The notes beneath the pieces were generated by a model that was not told the DNA's origin, did no database searches, and saw nothing but the letters and a program-made list of their open reading frames with translations. From the IMG/VR virus record IMGVR_UViG_3300049982_000141, positions 1 to 42,715 of that record: a stretch of 42,715 nucleotides of DNA; one strand, written 5' to 3'. Position numbers and translations under genes: made by a program. Below, in pieces: positions 1 through 7,822 of this stretch. The stretch comes from a virus (taxonomy: Duplodnaviria; Caudoviricetes). Each line of letters starts with the position of its first letter. Positions within the stretch are counted from its first letter, which is position 1.

Positions 1-115
1 GTGGCGCGCCGGACTCATCCCAACGGCGCGCCACCCCGCCCTACCCGGCCGCAACCGCGGCCAGCCTGTCTAGGCCGGCAGTCACGACCCGGCCGAAACT
101 CCACGAGGAGTAACT

Positions 116-562
116 GTGAGTTCGATCATGACGCTCGGCCGCACACACAACGCGACCGTTTCTGTCACCACTGCGGCGAAGCGTGTCAGTCTGCGCAACG
201 CCTCCGGGGTGATGATCTACCTGACCAACTCCACGGGTGCCACCGCGATGACCATCCTGGAGTCGAATGCCGCCTCCGGCGGCACCAATCAGGCGTGCCC
301 CGGCATCCCGGTCGGCACCACCTACTTCACCCAGGCCTCTGGTGCCGGCGTGTGGACCGCCAACCTGACCACCGTGGTCTCGCAGATCACCACGTCGATC
401 AACGGCGCGGGTGCGCTGCACGCCATCTGGGTGCCGCAGGGCGCACTGTCCGACGGCTTCTCTTACATCAACATGTCGCACGCCACGGGTACCGGTTTCC
501 TGCTCCTGGGTGACCTGGACGTGCAGGGGCTCCCGACGGCGCTGCGGGATGTGACCGCCTGA
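116..562 (+). CDS. putative virion structural protein (possible capsid decoration)
   Basis: GAGGAG RBS before GTG; Thr/Gly/Ala-rich 148 aa; directly follows the major capsid gene across the circular junction. Confidence 0.6.
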   Translation: MSSIMTLGRTHNATVSVTTAAKRVSLRNASGVMIYLTNSTGATAMTILESNAASGGTNQACPGIPVGTTYFTQASGAGVWTANLTTVVSQITTSINGAGALHAIWVPQGALSDGFSYINMSHATGTGFLLLGDLDVQGLPTALRDVTA

Positions 563-1002
563 TGGCCACCCAGGTATCGGCGAAGAGTCTCCGCCAGATC
601 GTCCTGGGGTCGGTGGCCACCAAGAGCACCGGCACCCTGGCCGCCACCACCATCGACCTGTTCGTCATCGCGGGCGGGCTGGTCGCGGTGACCAGCATCG
701 TGGGCCGGGTCACCACGGCGGTCACCGTGGCGAACTCCTACAAACTGATCCACACGCCGACCGTGGGCACGGCCAAGGACCTGTGTACCGCGGCGGACAT
801 CGGCACCACCGACACCATCGTGGGAGAGATCTTCGTACCGAAGATCGGCACCGCCCTGGCGCTCGGCGCGGCAGCCGCACCCAACCCAGAGATCCTGGAG
901 ACGGGCAAGATCCAGTCCGTCTCAGCCGGCACGGACGGCGTCATCCTGTGGTACGTCACGTGGGTGCCGATCGACACTGGTGCCACCCTGGTTGCGGCGT
1001 AA
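562..1002 (+). CDS. putative virion structural protein
   Basis: TGATG coupling to the previous gene; Thr/Val/Ala-rich 146 aa in the head-neck region. Confidence 0.6.
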   Translation: MATQVSAKSLRQIVLGSVATKSTGTLAATTIDLFVIAGGLVAVTSIVGRVTTAVTVANSYKLIHTPTVGTAKDLCTAADIGTTDTIVGEIFVPKIGTALALGAAAAPNPEILETGKIQSVSAGTDGVILWYVTWVPIDTGATLVAA

Positions 1003-1006
1003 CCGC

Positions 1007-1288
1007 ATGAGCGTCAAGCCGCAGAAGCAGACGTCCGCGCTGAACAACGTCGCCAGCTCGACCAGCTCGGTGACGGTCTTCGCGGCCAGTGCCACCGCGA
1101 ACCGGCGTTACGTCTTCAACGACTCGAGTGCCAACCTGTACCTTGCCTACACGTCGACCGCGGCCAGCACCAGCAACTTCACCGTCAAGCTGGCCACCGC
1201 TACCGGCATCCTCATCGAGGACTACGCCGGCCAGGTCACGGGTATCTGGGACGCTGCGAACGGATTCGCTCGCACTACGGAATGGTGA
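1007..1288 (+). CDS. small putative virion protein
   Basis: ATG 4 nt after the previous stop (MSVKPQKQ...); Ser/Thr/Ala-rich. Confidence 0.6.
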   Translation: MSVKPQKQTSALNNVASSTSSVTVFAASATANRRYVFNDSSANLYLAYTSTAASTSNFTVKLATATGILIEDYAGQVTGIWDAANGFARTTEW

Positions 1289-1298
1289 GGTAACGGTC

Positions 1299-1640
1299 AT
1301 GCCGAAAACGAATCAGGGCGGCGCCACGTACGCCGGCACCAAGGGTGTCGTGCAGCACGGCGCCCCCCTGGCCGACGGGCGGGTGCTCAGTGAGCTTGAC
1401 CCCGAGCGCAACCTGGACGGCACGTTGATCGACGGCGAGCACCCGGACCGCGAAGACGGCGAGGAGCGGGAGGTCGTGGCGCCCACTGCTCCGCAGCCGC
1501 TCGAGCAGCCCGGCGACGACGGTGACAGCGATGTTTCACGTGAAACACCGCAGCCCGTAGACGCGCCGGCAGACGAGCGGCTGAGCTCGGCCAAGGGCAA
1601 CACCAGCACCGCCGGCACCACCCAGAACAAACGCAAGTAG
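1299..1640 (+). CDS. hypothetical acidic, low-complexity protein; contains a parS-like site
   Basis: GAGG RBS then ATG at 1299 (MPKTNQGG...); high-GC third codon positions. Confidence 0.6.
   Translation: MPKTNQGGATYAGTKGVVQHGAPLADGRVLSELDPERNLDGTLIDGEHPDREDGEEREVVAPTAPQPLEQPGDDGDSDVSRETPQPVDAPADERLSSAKGNTSTAGTTQNKRK
1532..1547. promoter_or_regulatory. parS: parS (ParB/Spo0J-binding) consensus palindrome
   Basis: TGTTTCACGTGAAACA, a perfect 16-bp palindrome matching the canonical bacterial chromosomal parS; lies in the codons for DVSRET. Confidence 0.75.
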
Positions 1641-1652
1641 AGGAGCAGGCCC

Positions 1653-2081
1653 GTGGCGAATGCCGCATTCACGCCCTTCCCCGAGGGCCTTCTGGACGGC
1701 AGCATCGACTGTGACACCGCCGTCGTCAAGGTGGTGTTCGTCCGGGCCTACACCTTCTCAGCCGCTCACAAGTTCGTATCCGACGTCACCGGGGCCGGCG
1801 GCGTACTCAACGGCACACCGGTCGCCCTGGCCAGCGTCACCGTGACCGGCGGGGTCTTGGACGCCGCAGACTCCTCGGTGACCACCACAGCCAGCGCCGT
1901 GAACCACGGCATCCTGATCTACCAGGCGAGCGCGGTTACCGGGGGTGCGGACGTTGCGGCCAGTGCGCAGCGGCTCATCTGCTACCTGGACACCGGGACC
2001 GGCCTGCCGATCCAGCCGGGTACCGGCGCCACCCCGATCACCTGGGACAACGGAACGAACAAGATCCTCAAGGTCGGCTAG
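1653..2081 (+). CDS. virion structural protein (minor tail or fibre-associated type)
   Basis: GAGGAG RBS; MANAAF..GLLDGSID.DT..VKVVFV start and LICYLD...ITW...KILK end resemble a recurrent small phage structural family. Confidence 0.6.
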   Translation: MANAAFTPFPEGLLDGSIDCDTAVVKVVFVRAYTFSAAHKFVSDVTGAGGVLNGTPVALASVTVTGGVLDAADSSVTTTASAVNHGILIYQASAVTGGADVAASAQRLICYLDTGTGLPIQPGTGATPITWDNGTNKILKVG

Positions 2082-2084
2082 ACC

Positions 2085-2990
2085 GTGGCCGAAAGTCTGT
2101 TCACCTCCCAGACTCCCGGCCTGCTTGACGTCAACGAAGCCGCACCGACCAGTGTGGCGATCGGGCTGACGTTCGCCAGTGCCGGAAACGTGACAGATGC
2201 TCGCGTCTACGGGCCGGCCACGATCGGTGTCGGTACCTACGCCGCCGACCTGTACCAGGTGACCGGTAGCGGTGGAACCGGGACGCTGCTGGGGAGTGTC
2301 ACGTTCGGCGCTCTCAGCCCAGGCGTGTGGACTACGGCCACCTTCTCCTCGGCGATCGCCGTGACTACCGGCGTGGCGTACAAGATCGTGTTGCGTACCA
2401 GTGCCGGCCGGTACACCGCCACGGGCGGACTGTTCGCCGGCTCCTCCATCGTGAGCGGCAATATCACCGCATGGCAGGACGGGACCAACCCGGTCGGTAT
2501 CGGTGCGCTCGCGAACGGCACGTTCGTCGGAGACCTGACCTCTTACCCGACGAGTACGTTCGGCAGCAACGGCTACTTCATCGATGTGGTGTTCACCGCG
2601 GGTGCCGCCAGCGCCAGCCCTACCGGACTGGCCGTTCCGATCACGTTCGGCACGCCGACTGTCGCGTTGAACCGTACCGCTGCACCGACCGGTCTGTCTG
2701 TTCCGATCACCTTCGGTTCGGCGGCCGCCGGCATCACCGTGCAGCCGAACGGCCTGTCCCTACCGATCAGCTTCGGCTCGCCCACCGTGGCGCCCACCGT
2801 GCTCTCCGCGGAACGCCCCGGCTCCTGGTGGGGGATGGTGACCACGAACGCGCTCAACCGTGAGTACGCCCTTCAGCAACGCCGGCCTCCGGTCGCCTGC
2901 CCGAACGACGGTGAACCGCTCGAGGCAGTCAACGGCGTACTGCACTGCCGGTACGACGGGTGGACGTACGGGGGTTTCGGCACCCGGTAA
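2085..2990 (+). CDS. DUF4082-like domain protein with repeat stalk and Cys-containing C-terminus
   Basis: IGLTFASAGNVTDARVY...NGYFIDVVF resembles DUF4082; three P(T/N)GL.(V/L)PI(T/S)FG repeats; C-terminal CPNDGEPL...HCRYDGW. Confidence 0.65.
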   Translation: MAESLFTSQTPGLLDVNEAAPTSVAIGLTFASAGNVTDARVYGPATIGVGTYAADLYQVTGSGGTGTLLGSVTFGALSPGVWTTATFSSAIAVTTGVAYKIVLRTSAGRYTATGGLFAGSSIVSGNITAWQDGTNPVGIGALANGTFVGDLTSYPTSTFGSNGYFIDVVFTAGAASASPTGLAVPITFGTPTVALNRTAAPTGLSVPITFGSAAAGITVQPNGLSLPISFGSPTVAPTVLSAERPGSWWGMVTTNALNREYALQQRRPPVACPNDGEPLEAVNGVLHCRYDGWTYGGFGTR

Positions 2991-3131
2991 GGTACGCTGC
3001 TGATCAAGTTCGGACGCGCGCTGCTTGAGGAACGTGCCAGAGATGCAGTTCGAACCCCACAACTTCAGATACAGCCAACCGGCCGACTAGATCGGCTGAG
3101 CCAGAAAGCAGAGTTCAACGGTGGCGGAACA

Positions 3132-4193
3132 GTGGAAGTGACGTACGTCTGGCGTGAGGAGCTTGCCTCCGCACTGGACGTCAAGGCGAGTGCCTACATG
3201 AGCGCACGACTTGACCGCGCGTGCGCTTCTGCCACGAACTCCGTCAACGCCTTCCTGCGTCGCCGGCCCCTCTACCCGCTGACCACTACGCGGTACTGGG
3301 ACTGGCCGAACACCCAGGACGCCGGCCCGTCGCGGGTGTACTTCGACGACAAGACACTGATCTCGTTGACCACCCTGACCAGCAACGGCGCCGCGATCCC
3401 CTCCACCGCCTACTTCCTCGAGCCTAACGGTGACGGGCCCCCGTACGACTACGTAGAGCTTGACCGCTCCCAGTCGTACGCCTACGCCGGCCTACAGACC
3501 GTGCAGCGGGCAATCGCCATGGCCGGCGTCTGGGGCTACTCCAACGACGAAGACCTGCCCACGACGCTCTCAGCAGCCGTGGTGAGCGCCTCCGCCACCA
3601 GCATCACCGTGACCGGCCCGGCCGGCGGCGTGGGGGCGCTGCTCCGGGTGGACAACGAACGGATGATCGTCACAGACAAGCAGTGGGCGGCGTCCGGCCA
3701 GACAGTCGGCAATGCCGCCGGCCTACTCGCCGCCACCACCGACACCACACTCACCGTGGCCAGCACCGCCTCCATCCTGGCCGGCGAGGTACTGCTCATC
3801 GACACCGAGCGGCTACTGGTACGTGAAGTGGTGGACGCCACCACCCTGATCGTCGGGCGGGCCTGGGACGGCACCTCCCTGGCCGTCCACGCGGTCGGCA
3901 CCGCGATCAGGCGCCAGCTCACCCTGACGGTCACCCGCGGCGCCCTCGGCACCACGGCGGCCACCCACCTGATCAACGCCTCCGTCTACTGCTGGGTGCG
4001 CCCCGCCCTGGCCGTGGAGCTCGGGACTGCCTACGCCGAAGACGCTTTCCTCCAGTCCAATTCCGGGTACGCCCGGACGGTCGGCCAGGGAGAGAGCGAG
4101 CGCACCGCCTCCGGGTCCGGTATCCGGGACATCGAGAAGCGCGTCGCCGCCTCGCCGCTGTCCCGCGTCTCCACCCGGCACCGGGCGGTGTGA
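3132..4193 (+). CDS. head-to-tail adaptor with inserted beta-rich domains
   Basis: position; Y..REEL..ALDV...RLDRAC.SAT..VN.FL.R adaptor-like N-terminus; GVWGY motif. Confidence 0.65.
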   Translation: MEVTYVWREELASALDVKASAYMSARLDRACASATNSVNAFLRRRPLYPLTTTRYWDWPNTQDAGPSRVYFDDKTLISLTTLTSNGAAIPSTAYFLEPNGDGPPYDYVELDRSQSYAYAGLQTVQRAIAMAGVWGYSNDEDLPTTLSAAVVSASATSITVTGPAGGVGALLRVDNERMIVTDKQWAASGQTVGNAAGLLAATTDTTLTVASTASILAGEVLLIDTERLLVREVVDATTLIVGRAWDGTSLAVHAVGTAIRRQLTLTVTRGALGTTAATHLINASVYCWVRPALAVELGTAYAEDAFLQSNSGYARTVGQGESERTASGSGIRDIEKRVAASPLSRVSTRHRAV

Positions 4194-4194
4194 C

Positions 4195-4572
4195 GTGAGC
4201 GTCTCAGTGAGCGACAGCGGCCCGCTGTTCGACGGCCGTGCGGAGAAGGCGGTGGCGGACGCTTGTGACGATTCTGAGAAGCAGATCGCCACGCTGGGCG
4301 CCAGCATGATCCGCACTCAGCTCGGTACGGTGCTACGACACCAGACGCCGGTCTACCGGCTGAGGAACGTCGCACAGCCCGATGCGCCAGGGTGGAAGAT
4401 CTGGGATCGGGGGATGGTCTACGGTCCGTGGCTCGAGGGCACCGGCTCACGTAACCGGACCACTCGGTTCAAGGGCTACAGGACGTACCGGATCGTGGTG
4501 CAGAAGATCAACGCCCGCGCGCAGGCGATCGGGCAGTCGGTAGTGGCTCGCTATCTTGGCAAGATGAACTGA
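4195..4572 (+). CDS. neck/tail completion protein (HK97 gp10-like position)
   Basis: SGPLFDGRA...VYGPWLEGTGSRN.TTRFKGY motif; position. Confidence 0.6.
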   Translation: MSVSVSDSGPLFDGRAEKAVADACDDSEKQIATLGASMIRTQLGTVLRHQTPVYRLRNVAQPDAPGWKIWDRGMVYGPWLEGTGSRNRTTRFKGYRTYRIVVQKINARAQAIGQSVVARYLGKMN

Positions 4573-4766
4573 TGAAAACGGTAGATCTTCTGTCCAAGCT
4601 CATCGGTATCGTGCGTGACATCCTCCTCTGCATCCTGATTTCGCTGGTCCTGCTCTTCGGTGTGACGTTGCTCAAGGGCGCCCGTAACGCCGGCCAGGGC
4701 AGCGACCAGAGTCCGGCCACCGTTTCGCAGTTACCGCCGGACCGTTGCGGCGGAGGTGTCTGCTGA
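4572..4766 (+). CDS. small single-pass membrane protein
   Basis: TGATG coupling; hydrophobic ILLCILISLVLLFGVTLL. Confidence 0.5.
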   Translation: MKTVDLLSKLIGIVRDILLCILISLVLLFGVTLLKGARNAGQGSDQSPATVSQLPPDRCGGGVC

Positions 4767-5229
4767 CGTGGCGATCAACTCCCGGCAGATCTTCTCCGTC
4801 ATCGGCAGCACCGCCATGGCGACCGGTCTGTTCGACAGCGTCATCGGGCACGAGCCGAAGAGCGCACCGCCGCTCGGCCAGATGGCGCACTACGCCTACT
4901 GGCTGGGTCCGATCAGGACCATCCAGTCGAGCGGCCTGGCCAGCGTCAGCGTCCGCCTGGAGGTCATCGGCCGGGTGTACATCAACGCTTTCCAGGAGCC
5001 GGCGGACGACATCGAGACGGACGCCTGCAACTACGTCGACAAGCTGATGGAGCTGTACTGCGGTGACTTCGAGCTCGGTGGCAACGCGCGCATGATCGAC
5101 ATCTTCGGCAGCGAGGGCGACCCACTACTGCTCACGCCCGGCTACATCGAGCAGGACAAGAAACAGTTCCGGATCGTGGACGTCATGATCCCGATTCTCA
5201 TCAACGACGCGTGGACGGAGTCCCCCTGA
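4756..5229 (+). CDS. tail terminator-like protein
   Basis: GGAGG RBS; TGLFDSVIGHEPKSAP...GDFELGG..R.IDIFG; position before tail tube genes. Confidence 0.6.
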   Translation: MSADVAINSRQIFSVIGSTAMATGLFDSVIGHEPKSAPPLGQMAHYAYWLGPIRTIQSSGLASVSVRLEVIGRVYINAFQEPADDIETDACNYVDKLMELYCGDFELGGNARMIDIFGSEGDPLLLTPGYIEQDKKQFRIVDVMIPILINDAWTESP

Positions 5230-5963
5230 TGGCGAAGCAAGGCGGAATGGGAGACCGGTTCTACGTCGGCGGTGACGATATCGGTGGAAACATCGGCTCC
5301 CTTCAGGGCCTCCACGGTGGACCGAACCCGGGCGACGTCACCGATATTACCCAGTCCGGCTACGGCCGGATCGGTCTGCTGCGTGACGGCGGCGGATCGG
5401 CCGCGGTATGGTTCGACACCGCCTCCGAGCACCCGGTGCTGAAGCTACTGCCCACGGCGGACGTCATCTTCACCTACGGCGTGGGCGCCGTGCTCGGTAA
5501 CCCGGCCGCCTCCTGCATCGCGAAGCAGGTCAACTATGACGGCTCCCGCGCGCAAGACGGTTCCTTCCCACTGTCCGTCAGTTGGCAGGCAAGCGCCGGC
5601 ACCGGCCTGGAGTGGGGCGAGCAGCTCACTGCCGGCCGCAAGACGGACACCACCGCCACCAACGGCACGGGGATCGACTTCGGAGCCGTGTCCACGCTGT
5701 TCGGTGCCAGCGCCTACGCGCACGTCTTCAGCGTCACCGGTACCTCCATCACGCTGAAGGTGCAAGACAGTGCCGATAACGTGACCTTCGCGGATGTCAC
5801 CGGCCTGACCTTCAGTACCGTCCTGGCGGCCGCCAAGAGTGGCGAGCGGGTGGCTACCGGCGTCACCGCCACCATCCGCCGCTACGTCCGGGTGATCAGT
5901 ACCGGCACCTTCAGCAATGCTCAGTTCATGGTCAACTTCACCCGCTTCATCACGGCGCAGTGA
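5229..5963 (+). CDS. tail-tube-like protein with extra C-terminal beta domain
   Basis: TGATG coupling; MAKQGG start and DVTDI.QSGY.R motif parallel the 6603 protein. Confidence 0.55.
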   Translation: MAKQGGMGDRFYVGGDDIGGNIGSLQGLHGGPNPGDVTDITQSGYGRIGLLRDGGGSAAVWFDTASEHPVLKLLPTADVIFTYGVGAVLGNPAASCIAKQVNYDGSRAQDGSFPLSVSWQASAGTGLEWGEQLTAGRKTDTTATNGTGIDFGAVSTLFGASAYAHVFSVTGTSITLKVQDSADNVTFADVTGLTFSTVLAAAKSGERVATGVTATIRRYVRVISTGTFSNAQFMVNFTRFITAQ

Positions 5964-6412
5964 TGATCGGCCGTCAGCTCTTCCGCATCGAACCGTCCGG
6001 TCCGGCCGCCCTCTACAAGACGTACGGCCTGACCGCCCCCGTGAAGACGCACCGCCGCCCGGCCAGCTGTGCGGAGATCGAGTGCGCCAACCATCTCCGC
6101 GGTTTCTCCATCACGGCGGACGTGAGCACCGAGCTGGGGCGAGCACAGGCGAAGTACCTGCGGATGAAAAGCGGGCGCGCGTTCACGGTGACCGAGCTTG
6201 GCGACCTGATCACTTTCACCTTCGCCGCCGGCCAGACGTGCTTCGAGCCGCACACCGTTTCGCTTGAGCGTGAGCCGACCTTCTACATCAAGGGCGGGGA
6301 CTACCGGGGCAACCCGCTCGGTCTGCCGGCTCGCAAGCTGAGTGCGATTTCGTGGCGGGACGACTTCGGGGAACACCAGGAGCGCATCGTCGATGCGCAG
6401 CAGAGAGGCTAG
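5960..6412 (+). CDS. hypothetical tail-region protein with Cys/His residues
   Basis: GTGA overlap; RPASCAEIEC...GQTCFEPH. Confidence 0.65.
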   Translation: MMIGRQLFRIEPSGPAALYKTYGLTAPVKTHRRPASCAEIECANHLRGFSITADVSTELGRAQAKYLRMKSGRAFTVTELGDLITFTFAAGQTCFEPHTVSLEREPTFYIKGGDYRGNPLGLPARKLSAISWRDDFGEHQERIVDAQQRG

Positions 6413-6422
6413 GGGATAAGCC

Positions 6423-6599
6423 GTGCCTATACGTATCGCAGAAAAAATGAAGCTCGATCAGCAGGTGGAGCAATATCTTGCCGAACCGGTACGGCTGATC
6501 GAGATCAGGAATTACAGGATCGAACGCAGCTTGAATGATCTCACTGTTCTAACGGTAGAGATCGTGATCGACCCCGATCGTTTCGAAAAAGAGGAGTAG
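6423..6599 (+). CDS. small hypothetical protein (58 aa, not in ORF track)
   Basis: AGGGG RBS, GTG, MPIRIAEKMKLDQQVEQYLAEPVRLIEIRNYRIERSLNDLTVLTVEIVIDPDRFEKEE; fills the gap between flanking genes. Confidence 0.55.
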   Translation: MPIRIAEKMKLDQQVEQYLAEPVRLIEIRNYRIERSLNDLTVLTVEIVIDPDRFEKEE

Positions 6600-6602
6600 G
6601 CC

Positions 6603-7010
6603 ATGGCCAAGCAGGGAGGCCTCGCATTCGCGATTGCCGTAGACGACTCCGGTGGTACGCCGCGCACCATCAGCAACGACGTCACCAATCTCCAGTATTC
6701 CACGCCGCGTGGCGTGCAGGACGTCACTGGCGTGGACAAGAGCGCCATTGAGCGGCTGCTCCTGCTGGCCGACATGAGCGTCACGCTGAACGGGGTGTCC
6801 AACTTCACCGCCACCACCTCGGCGCACGCCGTGTTCAAGACAGTGCCGTCCACATCGGTCAACCGCACCACCACGCTGACCATCGCCGCGCAGGTCCTAG
6901 CCGGCGAACTGCTGTACTCCGACTACGCCACCACCCGCGGCCAGGACGGCAGCTTGACGTGGAGCGCACCCGGCGTGCTCGCCGACGGCACCGTTCCCAC
7001 GTGGGCGTGA
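6603..7010 (+). CDS. major tail (tube) protein
   Basis: GAGGAG RBS; TPRGVQDVTGVDKSAIERLLLLAD...LADGTVPTW; just upstream of chaperone and tape measure. Confidence 0.7.
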   Translation: MAKQGGLAFAIAVDDSGGTPRTISNDVTNLQYSTPRGVQDVTGVDKSAIERLLLLADMSVTLNGVSNFTATTSAHAVFKTVPSTSVNRTTTLTIAAQVLAGELLYSDYATTRGQDGSLTWSAPGVLADGTVPTWA

Positions 7011-7014
7011 CACC

Positions 7015-7275
7015 GTGACGATGAACTTCAAACCGTCGCTGTGCCGCATGGTCATCGCCATCGTGGACCCGGCGAACAACAACGGTGCCGACGTCGCACC
7101 GGCCGTCATCACCCGCGTGTGGGGCCAGCAGCCGGACGGCGCCTGGACGGTCAACGTTCAGGTATTCAACGACTCACCGGTCAGCGAGTGGAAGACGTCG
7201 ATCGTTCTATTCGACACCGAAGAGCAGGCGCGCGAACACGGCACGCACGCTGCCTTCTGGCCGCCGCGTAGCTGA
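7015..7275 (+). CDS. hypothetical protein
   Basis: 86-aa ORF with typical codon usage; KPSL.R.V...APAVITRVW. Confidence 0.6.
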   Translation: MTMNFKPSLCRMVIAIVDPANNNGADVAPAVITRVWGQQPDGAWTVNVQVFNDSPVSEWKTSIVLFDTEEQAREHGTHAAFWPPRS

Positions 7276-7291
7276 AAGGGAATTCAAGGGG

Positions 7292-7687
7292 ATGGGATTC
7301 AAGGTAGGGCGTGTCTTCGCTCTGGATTTCAGCGGAACGGATGTGGACGGCGCGATCGTCCGTATCCGTTCCGCAAGCATCGGCACGCTTCAGGAGATGA
7401 TGACCACTGATGATGTGGAACGCGAGGCGGAGATATTCGCGGACCACCTGATCTCGTGGAACCTGGAGTACGACGGGGACGCGTACCCGGACAAGGCCGG
7501 CCAGCAGGTGCCCGCTACCGGAGCCGGGGTGCTCTCACTGGAGGAGCCGGTCCGGGACCTCCTGGTCAAAGAGTGGTGGAAGGCAACCCGCGGTATCACC
7601 GTCCCTTTAGATCACAGATCCAACGGTGGGCGGCAATCACCGGACACGGAGAATACGGTGCCGCCGATGACGATGGAAACGCTGTAG
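7292..7687 (+). CDS. tail assembly chaperone (short form)
   Basis: AAGGGG RBS; FADHLISWNLE motif; directly upstream of tape measure; slippery site near the 3' end. Confidence 0.75.
   Translation: MGFKVGRVFALDFSGTDVDGAIVRIRSASIGTLQEMMTTDDVEREAEIFADHLISWNLEYDGDAYPDKAGQQVPATGAGVLSLEEPVRDLLVKEWWKATRGITVPLDHRSNGGRQSPDTENTVPPMTMETL
7603..7609 (+). other. -1 programmed frameshift slippery site C CCT TTA; long chaperone form ends at 7845
   Basis: X XXY YYZ heptamer in frame (V-P-L); the -1 frame is open to 7845 and encodes CERFGVLPSALADEDSELMRMLEIE. Confidence 0.75.
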
Positions 7688-7822
7688 AGCTACCGAGTGA
7701 GGCCACCTGGGCAGTGTGGACACTCGGAGTGTGTGAACGGTTCGGGGTCCTGCCCTCTGCCCTGGCCGATGAAGACTCGGAACTGATGAGAATGCTTGAG
7801 ATCGAAAAGGAGGTGCGTGGCA

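Noticed and set aside
1-513. 170-aa ORF from position 1
   Set aside because: Arg/His-rich shadow frame overlapping the RBS-supported 116-562 gene
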